Below are positions 28,707 through 40,539 of a DNA stretch of 64,000 bases, piece by piece. This DNA comes from the human T2T-CHM13v2.0 reference genome, Homo sapiens: NCBI RefSeq assembly GCF_009914755.1, contig NC_060942.1; one strand, written 5' to 3'. Below the pieces are notes generated by a model, which worked only from the letters and a program-made list of their open reading frames with translations, was not told where the DNA came from and did no database searches. Position numbers and translations under genes: made by a program. Each line of letters starts with the position of its first letter. Positions within the stretch are counted from its first letter, which is position 1.

Positions 28707-29189
28707 TGATGGAAGACATCCCCACCCTAAATTAATACTAGATGACTGCACACCTACACTGACACCATGCAGATGAGGCTGGCAGCAGTTTATTAGTCAT
28801 GTGTACTCACAGTCCAGGGGTTGAGCCGGGGAAGAGGACACCACACATCATGTAAGGCCACCTAGGGGTTGCACTCAGAACAGAGGGAACCATCAGGGGA
28901 TGTGGGAGGCAGGCTTTGTAACAACGAGGGTAAGGTGACCCCTGGTTCCCACAGGAGGATGTGATTGGCTTGTTTGCGTAACTGCTGGCTGGAAGGGAGG
29001 TGAAACCCATTAGGTTAAGCGCTGGGAGGGGTGCAGCTTGTCTAGTTGATAGTAGAACTAGCCAGGTGGGAAGCCTTTCTGCTGGGTTGGGGACATCTCT
29101 GGAGAGAGCAGAGGAACTCACACTTAGGGCCTCGTGGTCCTGTGAGGCTCAAAGGTGTCAAGGCAGCACATGAAGTATTAGGTCTTACA
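28707..29189 (-). mobile_element. ERVL-class solo LTR (LTR53/LTR47-like)
   Basis: Minus strand begins tgtaagacctaatacttcatgtgctgccttgacacc, carries AATAAA (tttatt at about 28788) and ends ...ca; GC-richer than its flanks. Subfamily uncertain. Confidence 0.65.
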
Positions 29190-31726
29190 ATGCAGCTTTC
29201 CTTCCCTGTTCATAGAGCATCTGCTCTGCAGAAAATACTCTAATTCATTGGCACTTCCCTTCAGGCTTTCACTAAGATCTTCTCTCTCACACAAATAACT
29301 GTTCATGAAAGAATCCCGTCAAGGAGCTGGCCTGTCCCATGATGGCCCGATAGATAAGGAGGCCTGACATTAATTCACTTGCCTAATGAATAACATGGTA
29401 AAGTCTTGGTTCGATAAGTGCACCACTTACACCAAGGTCTTTCATTCACATTCAGCTTCATAAAATGGACATCCCTGTAGAAACCAATTGAATATTGTTG
29501 GTGTCTGGGATAATGAACAATGTCAGCACACTTCGAAGATTAAAGAGCTACACCAAGGGGAAGTGGCAGCAGAAGAGACGAGCTTTGCTTAGTGAAGGTC
29601 ACCATGGCCTCTCATGCTTGGACCATTTTCCCCACTGAAGGCATCATGATAACCAAACCATTCTTCAGTTTTTCTTTTCTAAAAGCCTACAGCTTTGAAT
29701 CTCAAGATTTCATTGAAAGCATCTGATTTCCAAGAATGTTCATGTTCAATGACACTTACAATAACTCACAAGACTAAAAATTTACCTGGTTTTCCAAACA
29801 GGTTTTATGTTATTAGGGTTATGTTCTGACCCTCCCCTTATCCCCAAATCTCCTAATATTCAAGGTATAATTAGTGGGCCAGATAGAAATAGAAGATGTT
29901 TGCATCTTCTCTCCTTACAGATGTTGTCTCTGCACTAAAATTTGCAAGAATAGTGAATTTGTAGTGGTCCCATATCTGGTACCTGCAGACATATGGACTC
30001 CTCTGTCTTTCTGTTTGCTACATTGTGATGAGCAATACAATTTGGGATTTATGCAGCAATAGAAAATGGCAGGCCTATGGAAATTAAGATATTATGTCCA
30101 ATTAAATGCTTCTCATTCCAGCCTGCACATGAGAATGATTTGTGGATTTTCTCCTGTTCCTTTTCAATGTTCTTTGTTTGGTATTTTGTTTGTTTTACAG
30201 GTTCCTGTACTCCTTCTGTTTCTACTGAATTCATATTTCCTGGGCAGAGGCTATGCAACAAACTGCACGTGTGATTCACATGTTACTGTCATGCATAACC
30301 AGGGGCAAGAATCCCTGATACCTTTTGAATAGAAAGGCTTTAGCGGTGACTACACATCCAGAAAAATCCATAAGTTCAGATCAGGGAGCAGTTAATATGG
30401 AGAAAAGCAAAGAGGTCCAGAAAAGAGAAATCAAAGACAGTCAAAAATTGCTAGGAATGAAAACAAAATTAAAAATCAAGCAATAAAGAGACAATTAAAT
30501 AAGGAAAATTATAAAAATGGCTTTAGATGTGAACACCATGCAACCTTTATTGTAAATATGACCTTTTTCCCCAAAGCCCTAGTTTTATATTCTACCAGGG
30601 CTCATGGAAGTCAATTTGGAGTTGTAGCTGGAATATAGTGAGGCAGGTTTGGACAGATTCAGATTCCAGATAAGCCCAAGGGTGGGAAGGGTGGTGAAAG
30701 GGGGTTGGCACAATGAATTCTGCAAGGTAACACACAGATTCCAAATACAATAATTTTAGAATATATACATATATATATATATGTTCAACATCTGTCCATC
30801 TTGAAAGAGTTATTGACATAATTAACTACTTTTACTAGTAAGTGACTTATACCAAAATTTTACTAGGAGGATTTTTTAAAAGTAAAAATTACTGCCCTAT
30901 CCTCAGTGAATTAAAAATCTGGTTTTGGAGGCAGTTCTCACAAAGTGTTGATTATGTGATTTAGCCTTATGCCAAAGAGGGAAAAGTTAGGATTGGTTGA
31001 ATTCATCTCTTGCTGTTTCCCTACATGTTCCTACACTCCAGAGAAGCCAGAATGTAGGAACATGACTTCTCTTCTTCCCTTTATGAGTGATCTTCTACTT
31101 CCAGTCTCCTAACATGCCAGGCAGTTTCATGTCTTCCTGTCTTTACTGGTGCGGCTCCCTCTGTCTGAACTAACCCCAACCCTCCATAGCCGCCCAGCAA
31201 TGCCTTTGCTTCCTGACCAATTCTACCTCAGTAACATCCCTCTATTAATTCTCTTCCTGACCTCTATCTGTCCTCAGAGAACTGACACTTCCTCATTCGC
31301 AAGCCTGCCTTCTTTCCGGAGTGAACGTTTTTGGTTCTGACGGGTTAGAAGTTTCACTGTCAGACCAGGTCATGCCTGTTACCTGTTGCCCATGGGTGGT
31401 TTCCCTCATGGTATTGCAAGGAGATGGGAAATAGACATACCAAATGGTTAAGACAATTCCTTTTTCTGTTTGTTTTGATTTCTAGAGCCAGCCTTGTGGT
31501 AAATATGCATCATGTAAGAAAGAGCAGAAGTACTGAGAAATGCCAAGACCATACTACAGTCATACATGAAGAAAAACCAGGATTGGAATGAGTGAATGGA
31601 AGTCATGTAACTTTGACTACATTCAGCTCTTAAAGCAAGGCCATTTAACTATCTTACTATCACAAAAGGAAATATATTTGTATGACTGTTTTCTGATTTT
31701 AATTGTATAAAAATATTAACTTACTA

Positions 31727-31925
31727 AATATTATTGAGTACTCATGCTGTACCAGGAAATATTCTGTGAGTTTTACACACATTGGTCCATGTTATCCACA
31801 CAATGTCACTACAAGATAGGTCGTTTTGCAGCTATAGGAGCTGAGGCTGAAAGCAACATAGCCAAGAATGAGCAGAGATGGATTTTAAACCCAGATTGTC
31901 AGGTCCTGCAACCTACACACATAAT
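31727..31925 (-). mobile_element. MIR SINE
   Basis: tattattgagtactcatgctgtaccagg...gctgaggctgaaag...gcagagatggattttaaacccag. Confidence 0.65.
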
Positions 31926-31939
31926 CATTATGCTTTGTT

Positions 31940-32052
31940 TAGGGTAATCAACTGTCCTGGTTTCTCTAGAAATAAACAGGTTCCTGTTACCTAGAACGTT
32001 CATTGCTAAAACCAGGAATGTCCTAGGCAAACTGAAACAAATTGGTCACTCC
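31940..32052. mobile_element. MER94 (hAT-Blackjack MITE)
   Basis: tagggtaatcaactgtcctggttt...gctaaaaccagg...ggcaaactg...ttggtcact; TIR-like ends. Confidence 0.7.
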
Positions 32053-32098
32053 AGCTGTGCTACAGGATCAGGGCAACTGCAATGAGGTCTTAAGGGAA

Positions 32099-32501
32099 AT
32101 GTTTGTTTGCTAGGGCTCCTGTAAAAGAGTATCACAAACTGGCTGGCTTAAACAACAGAAAATTGTTGTCTCAGAGTTCTGGAGGCCACAGCTCTAAAAT
32201 CAAGGTATAGGCAAAGTTAGTTCTTTCTGAGGGCTGTGAGGGAGGGATCTGTTGCAGGCTCCTCCCCTTGGCTTATAGATGGCTTTCTTCATGTTCACGT
32301 GGCATTCTCGCTGCATATGGGTCTGCCTCCAAATTTCCCCTGTTTTTAAGAGTGCCAGTCATACTAGATTAAGGCCTACCCTAATGACTTCATTTTAATT
32401 TGATGATCTCTGTGAAGACCTTATCTCCAAATAAGGTCACATTCTGAAGGGGTTAGACCTTCAGCATATGAAGTTTGGGAGACACAATTCAACCCAATGC
32501 A
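32099..32501 (-). mobile_element. MLT1B-type MaLR solo LTR
   Basis: cacaaactggctggcttaaacaacagaaa...gttctggaggc...ccaaataaggtcacattctga...acacaattcaaccc. Confidence 0.88.
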
Positions 32502-32589
32502 AGGATCATTTGATAATCAGGAGTCAGGGTCAAGGTCAGGCCATCAAGTATATCATAAGTCTTCCATTTTGTTGTATGTTCAATTCACC

Positions 32590-32742
32590 TACATAGCATA
32601 AAAATCAAACAACAGAAAACATTGCATTCAAGCCCCATAACAGACCAATTAAGTTGGAATTTTGATCATGGAGCCCCAGTGTTGGAAAAATTGTGAAAGC
32701 TCCCCAGATTAGTTTAATATACATCCAGGGCTGAGAATCTAT
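32590..32742. mobile_element. MER5-type hAT-Charlie MITE
   Basis: cagaccaattaa...aaagctccccag...ccagggctgagaa. Confidence 0.55.
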
Positions 32743-34159
32743 TTGAGCTGAGGACCCTGCAACTAGCGGGATCAGAAGAAACAAGGTTGGGGGAAAGGGT
32801 TAGACAAAAACATAGAAGGGGAAAGTATGATCAAGGGTTCGTATTTATAGCAAAATCCCCCATTGGAATTGGGAGTGGTGGCACCAGGAGTTCAGGAGAC
32901 AGAGGAAGGTGAGACAGGGTCAAGCCAAGAGGTAGTGAACAGAAGCTATGTGCTGACCTGGGCCAAGGTCTTCAGCTCTTCAGACCTGGGAGGAATCATT
33001 TACTGGCAGATAATAGAAAGCAGCTGATTTAAAAGCCAAATCCAGGAACTAGACTTGCTCAAGTGTCTGTCGGAGGCTCTATCTGCCCCTCTGCTGCTGC
33101 CATTTATACAAGTCACAGACTCAGCCAGCCTACAGCCACCTCTAATCAGGAGGAACGTGAAGGATGATTTAATGTCTGAAACGTGGAGGCTCACAGGTAC
33201 CCCACTTTCAGCAGATACACATTGTTTGAAAATCCAGATTTGTAAAATGGATGCATTAGAGAATATTTACTTCACAAAATGATTCACAGTGGGACTCCTT
33301 TAAATAGCCTGTTTCCCCTGGGCCAACTGATTTGATTTGCCAGAAGTCATTGCACACAATAGTTTTCCATAAGCACATCTGGCAAGAAGCATCATGAACA
33401 AAGTTTTAGAAGACAATAATTCTTGTGTTTCTGACACCAGTTTTGAACTTAAACACATAGTGCACCTCTCTGAGACTTCATTTTCTTATTTGCAAAATGA
33501 GAATATGGGTCCTGACTAGTTTAGTATCTTTAAGCAATGAAATATGTGTGAAAATAATTAGAAAATGCTGAAATGTCTTAACAAAATATATTTATGGAAG
33601 CCATTATTAACACTAACATGTGGCTTGAGGAAATCTTATGATTCTATTGTTATTTAGCTCATAATATTGGATGTGATGAGATGAAGATGCTTGCTCCATC
33701 AATGGCTTCAGGGAGGATGCTTTATGGCCTGAGCTCTGTTCCAAATTAGGACAATTAGGAAGTCTGTCCCTGACTTCATCACAGTGAAGAGGAGAGAAAA
33801 ATTTCAGCAGAGAGAATATAGGCAGGGCAGAATGCTAAAGCTGGAGTGGAAGAGAACTGCAGGCACATCAAAGTCATTTCTAGAATTAAGAAGACCAGGC
33901 AGCTAGCCTTTTCCACAACAGAGGAAGGAAAGTCAGCATTCCCTCCAGAAGCCTAAGCTCCCGTTGAAGTTTGGGCATCTGCAGATGGAAAAAATTAAAA
34001 TTATTAATAAGAGCCCTGGAATGGAAAACAATCAGTCCAGTGAGGAAAGACTGTGATGAATCAGCAGAAATGGGATATAGGAGAAGGGGCATTGCTGTCT
34101 GATACAAAACAAACAATAATGTTGTTGGTGACCTTAGGAAAAAGTTACTAACATGTCTG

Positions 34160-34411
34160 TTTTTCTTTTCTCTTTTTTTAAATTATACCTTATGTTCTGG
34201 GATACATGTGCAGAACATGCAGGTTTGTTACATAGGTATACACATGCCATGGTAGTTTGCTGCACCCATCAACCTGTCATCTACATTAGGTATTTCTCCT
34301 AATGCTATCCCTCCCCTAACTCTCCACCACCCCAACAGACCCTGTTGTGTGATGTTCCCCCTGTGTGTCCATGTGTTCTCATTGTTTAACTCCCACTTTT
34401 GAGTGAGAACA
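34160..34411 (-). mobile_element. L1PA7-like 3' fragment
   Basis: ttctgggatacatgtgcagaacatgcagg...ttaggtatttctcctaatgctatccctcccc...gagtgagaaca. Confidence 0.9.
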
Positions 34412-36439
34412 ACCAGCATATCTCTTTATGAGGCAGAATTAGGAGATGATATTAGAATGCCACTGTACATTATAGCTAACTATTCATAAACTTTATTTTG
34501 TAATGAAATACATAGTTATCATTAATAGTTCATTTTAATCATTCTTTTGGCTTAAATCATCATGTTTTATAAACAATCTCTCTTAGTGCTTTCAAGTAAA
34601 GAATAATCTTGCCTAACTTTTGAGACAAGCTGCTGAGGCCCTGGTGGACACAACCAATTGCCAGCATCCCTTATGAAACTGGGTTGGATAGAGGCTTCTG
34701 GAGTTCTGTCCTGCCTATACATTGCACACACAAACCCATTTCCTCCTGCCTGACCCATGCTCTCACCCCATCACTTCTGTGAGAAGTTTCAAACTGAGGA
34801 GCAATCAGATTTTCACTTCTCTCTTCATATCCCTCCTCAGCAGCAGCAGCACACATACACAGGGATAGAACTCAAAGCCAGAGGGAACCAAGCAGATGCA
34901 TAGTGGAGATAAAACATGTAGACAGTATGTGCAGGGAAGCCTGCACCTGAAGAATTAGTATTTTATGCCAAGCCACTTGGGAATACATTTTCGTAAAGAG
35001 AATGAAAAGGAATTAAAATGGGAACCAACTGCGTAAAGGAAAGGGTTGAAAGTCTTACAGAACGCTCGTCAGCAGGATTGTTTCAACACTGGCTCATTCT
35101 TCCTCTCTGAGTCTAGGTGTTTCTCATTCTGTCTCTGCTCTATTTTCAGGAAGATTCAAGAGGTAAAACAGGACTGAGCCAATCTGGGAATTTGAGAGGG
35201 AAACTGACTTTCGTTAGTGAGTTGCATGGAGGGTGTGATAGACCATCAAAAGGTTTGCTCCTGAGCACACCATCCTCCAAATTCCTGAAACCACAAAGTG
35301 TGTTGAACAGTTACTGTCTACAGTCACGATTTAGGTCAGCTGGAAAAATTTCTTCTGGAACACAGAGCATTTGATGATAGACATGTCTAGGAAGCATCTA
35401 AACATTATCGTGGGAGTCAAGATAAATGAGTTGTCAGACTAACTCCATGTGTTTCTTCAAGCAGGAGAGAATATATGTTTTGGGAGGTCTCTAGTGGCCT
35501 TTCCTAAGAAGTTTAAAATACTGTACAAACTAATCTAAAAGTGAATTTGCATGACAGTTCCAGCTTGGGTGGATTCCCCTCACCAGCATTGGAACCTGCT
35601 CTCAAGAATGTCAAACTTGCAACAGTGCTCATGTCTGAGGATAAGGTTCTCCAAGATAGGATGGTAATAGGACTTATGATCTGACTCACAGTGTATGCTC
35701 AGGTCTTTTATAATTGTTTTCTTTCTTTTCATAAACTGTATTTTAAAATGTGATATAACACAAACATTGCACAACATAGGCACATTGTCCTCAAGATCTT
35801 TCTTGGCCCTGACTCAGATTCTATTCTGAGTTTAATTGGCTGGACCCAGTAAAGATGATGATCTGCTCTGATATCCACAGACTGAGGCCAAATTCCAGTC
35901 TCAGGACTCACCAGACTTGTGGCATCGGAGCAGTTCACGTAAGTCCCATATGTGCCATAGTTGCTGCAGAAATAGCAATGCCAACATCTCGTAACAACTG
36001 GGAAGAATGAAGCAGCAAATACGAGGCGGCTCCCAATACCAAAACTCACTCCCAATGCAAGATCATTAAATGTTACTCTCATGCCCCCTAAACTAGATGT
36101 GGTTACTTATCCTGTTCCCCCGAGGCCTCAAGCCTATGCCCCTGTCCCTGAGCTGGTTTGGCAAGAGGCCCAAAGAGGGCGGCACCAGCCTGGCTGACTC
36201 TGTGAGGTTCAGTGGCTCTCTGGTCAGGCCTCATAACTCTCTTGATGTGGTGAATTAGGCTACTGTCAGGAACCAGGAGCTGCCCTTCGGGATTCCTAGG
36301 GAGATGTTATGGTCAATGGGGGAAAAGTCAGCTAGCAACATCTGGCCCTGCATTGTGACAACTGCTCAGAGAACATCCTTATCTCTGCTTCCTAGTGCTC
36401 TATAAAGAGAGGTTATTGCCTCAATCAGCCTCTTGATAT

Positions 36440-37271
36440 ATTTTATGTTGACAGTGTGGGACGTAATGACTTTCAAACATATTGACAGTTTAGTTTTTAC
36501 TACACACCATACACTACTGAGTGATATCACTATTCTTGTTGATTTTTATGTTCAGTTGAGTCAACATTAAGCCTCGGGGCAGCCCTGCATGTCAGATCTT
36601 TACCACAAGCCTTTGAGCACTTCTCTCAATAACAACTGACCACATCCAAAAGGAAGGCAAACCAAGCATTTGGGGGCTAATGTTTTCCTCCTATAAACTC
36701 AAACAAGAAAGCACATGTGCAACAGAACTGACAAACAATTATTGCACTCAGTGTGTGAAGCATCAGGGCTACAAACCAACTTAAGTTGTGTGGCTTTCCT
36801 TATCAAGGCTTTTATAGAGATGGTGAGACATATTTATAAATAAATCTGTAATCCCTGCTTCCCAGGATATGGATGTCTGGGCATGAACAATCAATGGGTG
36901 GTTTCTGACTTGGGAACTCCCCATTGAAACTTGGGAACTTAGACCAGCTGCCTCTGAGTCTCACCTTTCACTCAAGCATCCCATGTAATCCACCTACCTG
37001 CTAGCAGCAACTGTGCTACCCTTCTGATGACTTTGGCTGGTCCTTGTTCTCAGTTGTTGCCTGGTGCATATCAGATAGGATGCTCTTTGAGCTCTCTGCA
37101 TGGGAAACCAATTAAGACAATGCTGGACACATAAGCATTGCTCATTTCCCAGTTAAGTTCTGTGGCTTTGTGTCATGACCTGACTGGAGCTCGTATCTTC
37201 TGTGTAGCCCTCTTCTATGTGCTTTCCTGCTGCTTCACCATTTGTATAATTGTGAGCTTGGTAGAGGCATC
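36440..37271 (+). promoter_or_regulatory. Candidate conserved enhancer/promoter
   Basis: No recognisable repeat; several SOX-type ACAAT sites, TGACAG, palindromic E-box gcacatgtgc (36711), twin acttgggaact, CCAAT (37108), TATA-like tataat (37245). Function is inferred. Confidence 0.4.
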
Positions 37272-37507
37272 ATTGCAGATCTGCTACTAACTCGGCATGG
37301 CCAGCTCGACAGAGAGCCAGTTTGTTAAACAGCTTGGTGGGGGAGTTCATCCGTCTTGATGTTGCCCTGAATCTACAACTTCATATTCAATATGCTAAAT
37401 AATCCTCTTTTCTTTTCGTGTGATTCATGATAGTGTCATCCTCATCAAGCTTTATCTTTCTCATTTCTTGCAATTTTCTCTTAAGGTAACATATAACTGG
37501 CAAAAAG
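37272..37507 (+). ncRNA. Candidate first exon of a spliced non-coding transcript
   Basis: Inr-like tcAttg about 27 nt after tataat; strong donor AAG|GTGAGT at 37508; no long ORF; several retained CpGs. Confidence 0.4.
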
Positions 37508-37614
37508 GTGAGTTGCTTTAAATCACCACTTTAAAGTTTTTAATTTATTTCCTAAATTGCTCCTGAGGGAAAGAAAACAATATGATTTCTAGTATGAAAT
37601 TTCTATTTATGGTG

Positions 37615-37830
37615 AATACCATGTGGGCTTTGGAGCCAGACGTTCGGTATTTGAATTTTGGCTGAACCTCATACTCATTTTTATATATGTAAAACACTGA
37701 GTGCCTCAGTTTCCTCAAGTGTAAAATGAAAATAATGAGTCATGCCTATTCCTTAGAGTTGTGTGTTGATTAAATTCAACCACAAAAAAGAGTGAGAATA
37801 GGAGGCATATAAGCAGCACTCAGTAAATAA
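37615..37830 (+). mobile_element. MIR SINE
   Basis: gtgggctttggagccagac...ctgagtgcctcagtttcctcaagtgtaaaatgaaaataat. Confidence 0.75.
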
Positions 37831-40362
37831 GGGTTTAATAATATTTTTGAAATGTACTTATATTGGAAGCATAGAATTTACGTACATGAGCCTTTATATC
37901 TTGGCAAAAGTGACTTCCTTTTGAAAATTTACTATATTGTGATCTAAGTGCTTAGAATATGGTTTATCATGAGAAATCTTTCTCTTTTGATGAAGCACTC
38001 AAATCAGGGCATTGTTTTGGTGGAAAAGGAACTTTTTTTTTTATGAAGCACTCAGGGCCTGGAACATGATGCTCACATCTCATGATGAAACATTCCTAAA
38101 AATGAAAAAAAAGGGTTTTCATTATAAAATCTCCTGCTCTCTATATATTAAAACTTTTTGGATATTTTAATTCTTGTGTCAAATGGTGCATAAAGGGTGT
38201 TTTATGGTTTTGCATCATGAGACCAAATTCAATGATGACAGGGGTCATGCCTGTTTCATTTTCTGCTGCATATGGGGCCTGGCTCCATGCCTGACACATA
38301 GGAGCCACCTCTTGGTTGGTTGTTGACTATATACACAACCATTGAAAGCAAGGATTTGAGAGTTTGACTCACTGAGAGATTAGCCATGTGTGGTTGTTGA
38401 CTCTAAATACACTCCTCTTGTTTCAACATTGGGGAAAAAATTGGAAAGAAAATGATGTTGATAAAAAGTCATGTTATTTAAAGCCAATTAATAGCCACAA
38501 GGTAGATTGTTGATGCAAAACTTCCCATATGAAGTATAATTTTTGCTGAAATTTGACTAAGTGTGATCTGCTGTTGTATGGAATTTTTGTTGATGCTCTT
38601 TGGTGAGCCAGTTCATTCTGACGTTGAGACCTGAGGCTACTGCATGTGCGCTTACACAACTCACTCTATAATTGATCTGATGCTGACACTGACACTGCCA
38701 GCTCTTACTCAGTGCTTTCCTGCCTCTTGCCTCCTGCCAACTCATTCCTCTTCTAAGGTTGCTTCCACTGGTGTTACCTCCAGAGATTTTGGATAAGGCT
38801 GTAATCACAGAGTCAGAGTTACATTAGGTTTTTGCATTTTGTGTATCTCTCTTTATGACAAGTTATCCTGGGCTTAGGTTGAATATAATGAGATATGATG
38901 ATATTCTGCCAAAGACCATTTCTTCTCCACCATACTTAATCTGTAACCCTGGAATCATCCAGAAAACCCTGCTCCATTTTCCCACAGTGGCTTCTTTACC
39001 CTAAACACTGCCCAGAATGTTAAGGATAGTCATAGCCCTTGCTGACTCAAGCCTTAGTCATATTATCTAGCTATTGGGCAATACCATCTACTCATTATTC
39101 TTTCCACTTGCACCATCAGGCCATTAGGAAAACAGCACCCCAGGGACCACCCAGTATCCTTGCTCTCAGCACAGGGAATAGCTTTCTCTCAGAACCTGGC
39201 CAATAACAAAAACACAACCTAAAAAGAACTAAGTATCTCAAGAGGGCTACAACCAAAATGCCACCTGAGGTTAGAAGAGACAGAGAAAAAATTTCTGGCT
39301 GCAATGATGAGTAAAATCTTTCAGAAAGAGATGGTATGGTAGCTAAAGCTGATTCTTGAAGAAAGAACATGGAAAGGGAACAAATAAAAGACTTTGGGGT
39401 CACTTTTGAGTCGTGGCTCGGTCACTCTGCTCCCGAGCATTGTTGCATAGACCTGAGGTTCATCATTCTTCATAGTTAGACCAGATTCCTAGAGCTCCTT
39501 TTGCTCTACAACTTCACAGATGAGTGACTCTATGAATGGGTAGGATTTGGAGAGGCAGAGGTGAGGAGCATTAGAGACAGAAGCAGAAGGGCAGGCAGAG
39601 GTTCAAGGTGTCTTTGGGAAATGTTGAGTAATCTGTGGAAGGAGGTAAGACTCAAAAGGGAAAAAATAGATTCAGTTTTGAAAGGAAGTTAAAGTAAAGA
39701 ACTTTATTTTGAGGAGAAAGGTAGGTTGGTGGTAGAAGGGATATATAACCTTGAATGTTTGCACATGGACACAAAAAGGAACTCAGGACCTTACAAGACA
39801 TTTCAAATATGTGAGGAGGTTGGTTCAGTGTCCTGCAAGACAGAAATTGTAGGTTAAAGTGTAGCTAGGACAAAATTGTCTAGCCAAAAATGCAGTTCTG
39901 CAATGACCTCATAGAACTTTTCAATTCACTAGAAATAGATTACTTTCTATTTTTCATTGTTGCTGGTAACACTGATCACCTGCTCTGGAACCAGTGTTAA
40001 CTTTCACTGAGTCTCATCCTATTTTCCTGTGGGTCTAGGCAAATGTGACATGGTTATATTGTCTGAGTCTGCTTGAGGAAAAGGCGGCCCATGTTTTGAT
40101 AACTGGGAGCAAGTCCATCAGTTGTGAAGGAGTCCCACAGGAATCTACCAATTACAAAATGATAAAAGGTGCCATTGGGGGTAGGAGAAGATGCAAAATG
40201 TGTAACACCCAGTTGTGTCTCTCACAGAATTTCTAATCTAGTTAGGGAAATCAGACAGACACAGACACTCAAAATGATGAATAATAATGTAAGTACACAT
40301 GGAATGACTCAAACAGAGATCTATAGGATCTGGGGAAAAGAAGAGAAAAGTCTGGTCAAAGA

Positions 40363-40539
40363 TAGGGTTGTTAGAGTTGGCAAATCAAAATACAGGATGC
40401 CACTAACATTTGAATTTCAGATAAATAACAGATAATTTTTATCACACATATGTTCATGAAACATACTTGCACAAAAACATTATTGTTTATCTGAAATTCA
40501 AATGTAAGTGGGTGTCCTGCATTTTCTCTGACAACTCTA
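40363..40539. mobile_element. MER53 palindromic hAT MITE
   Basis: tagggttg...aaaatacagga...tttgaatttcagataaa / tttatctgaaattcaaa...caactcta; perfect 20-bp internal inverted repeat. Confidence 0.9.

Noticed and set aside
35729-36082. 117-aa ORF in unique sequence (- strand)
   Set aside because: No recognisable domain or convincing exon structure; length is compatible with chance.
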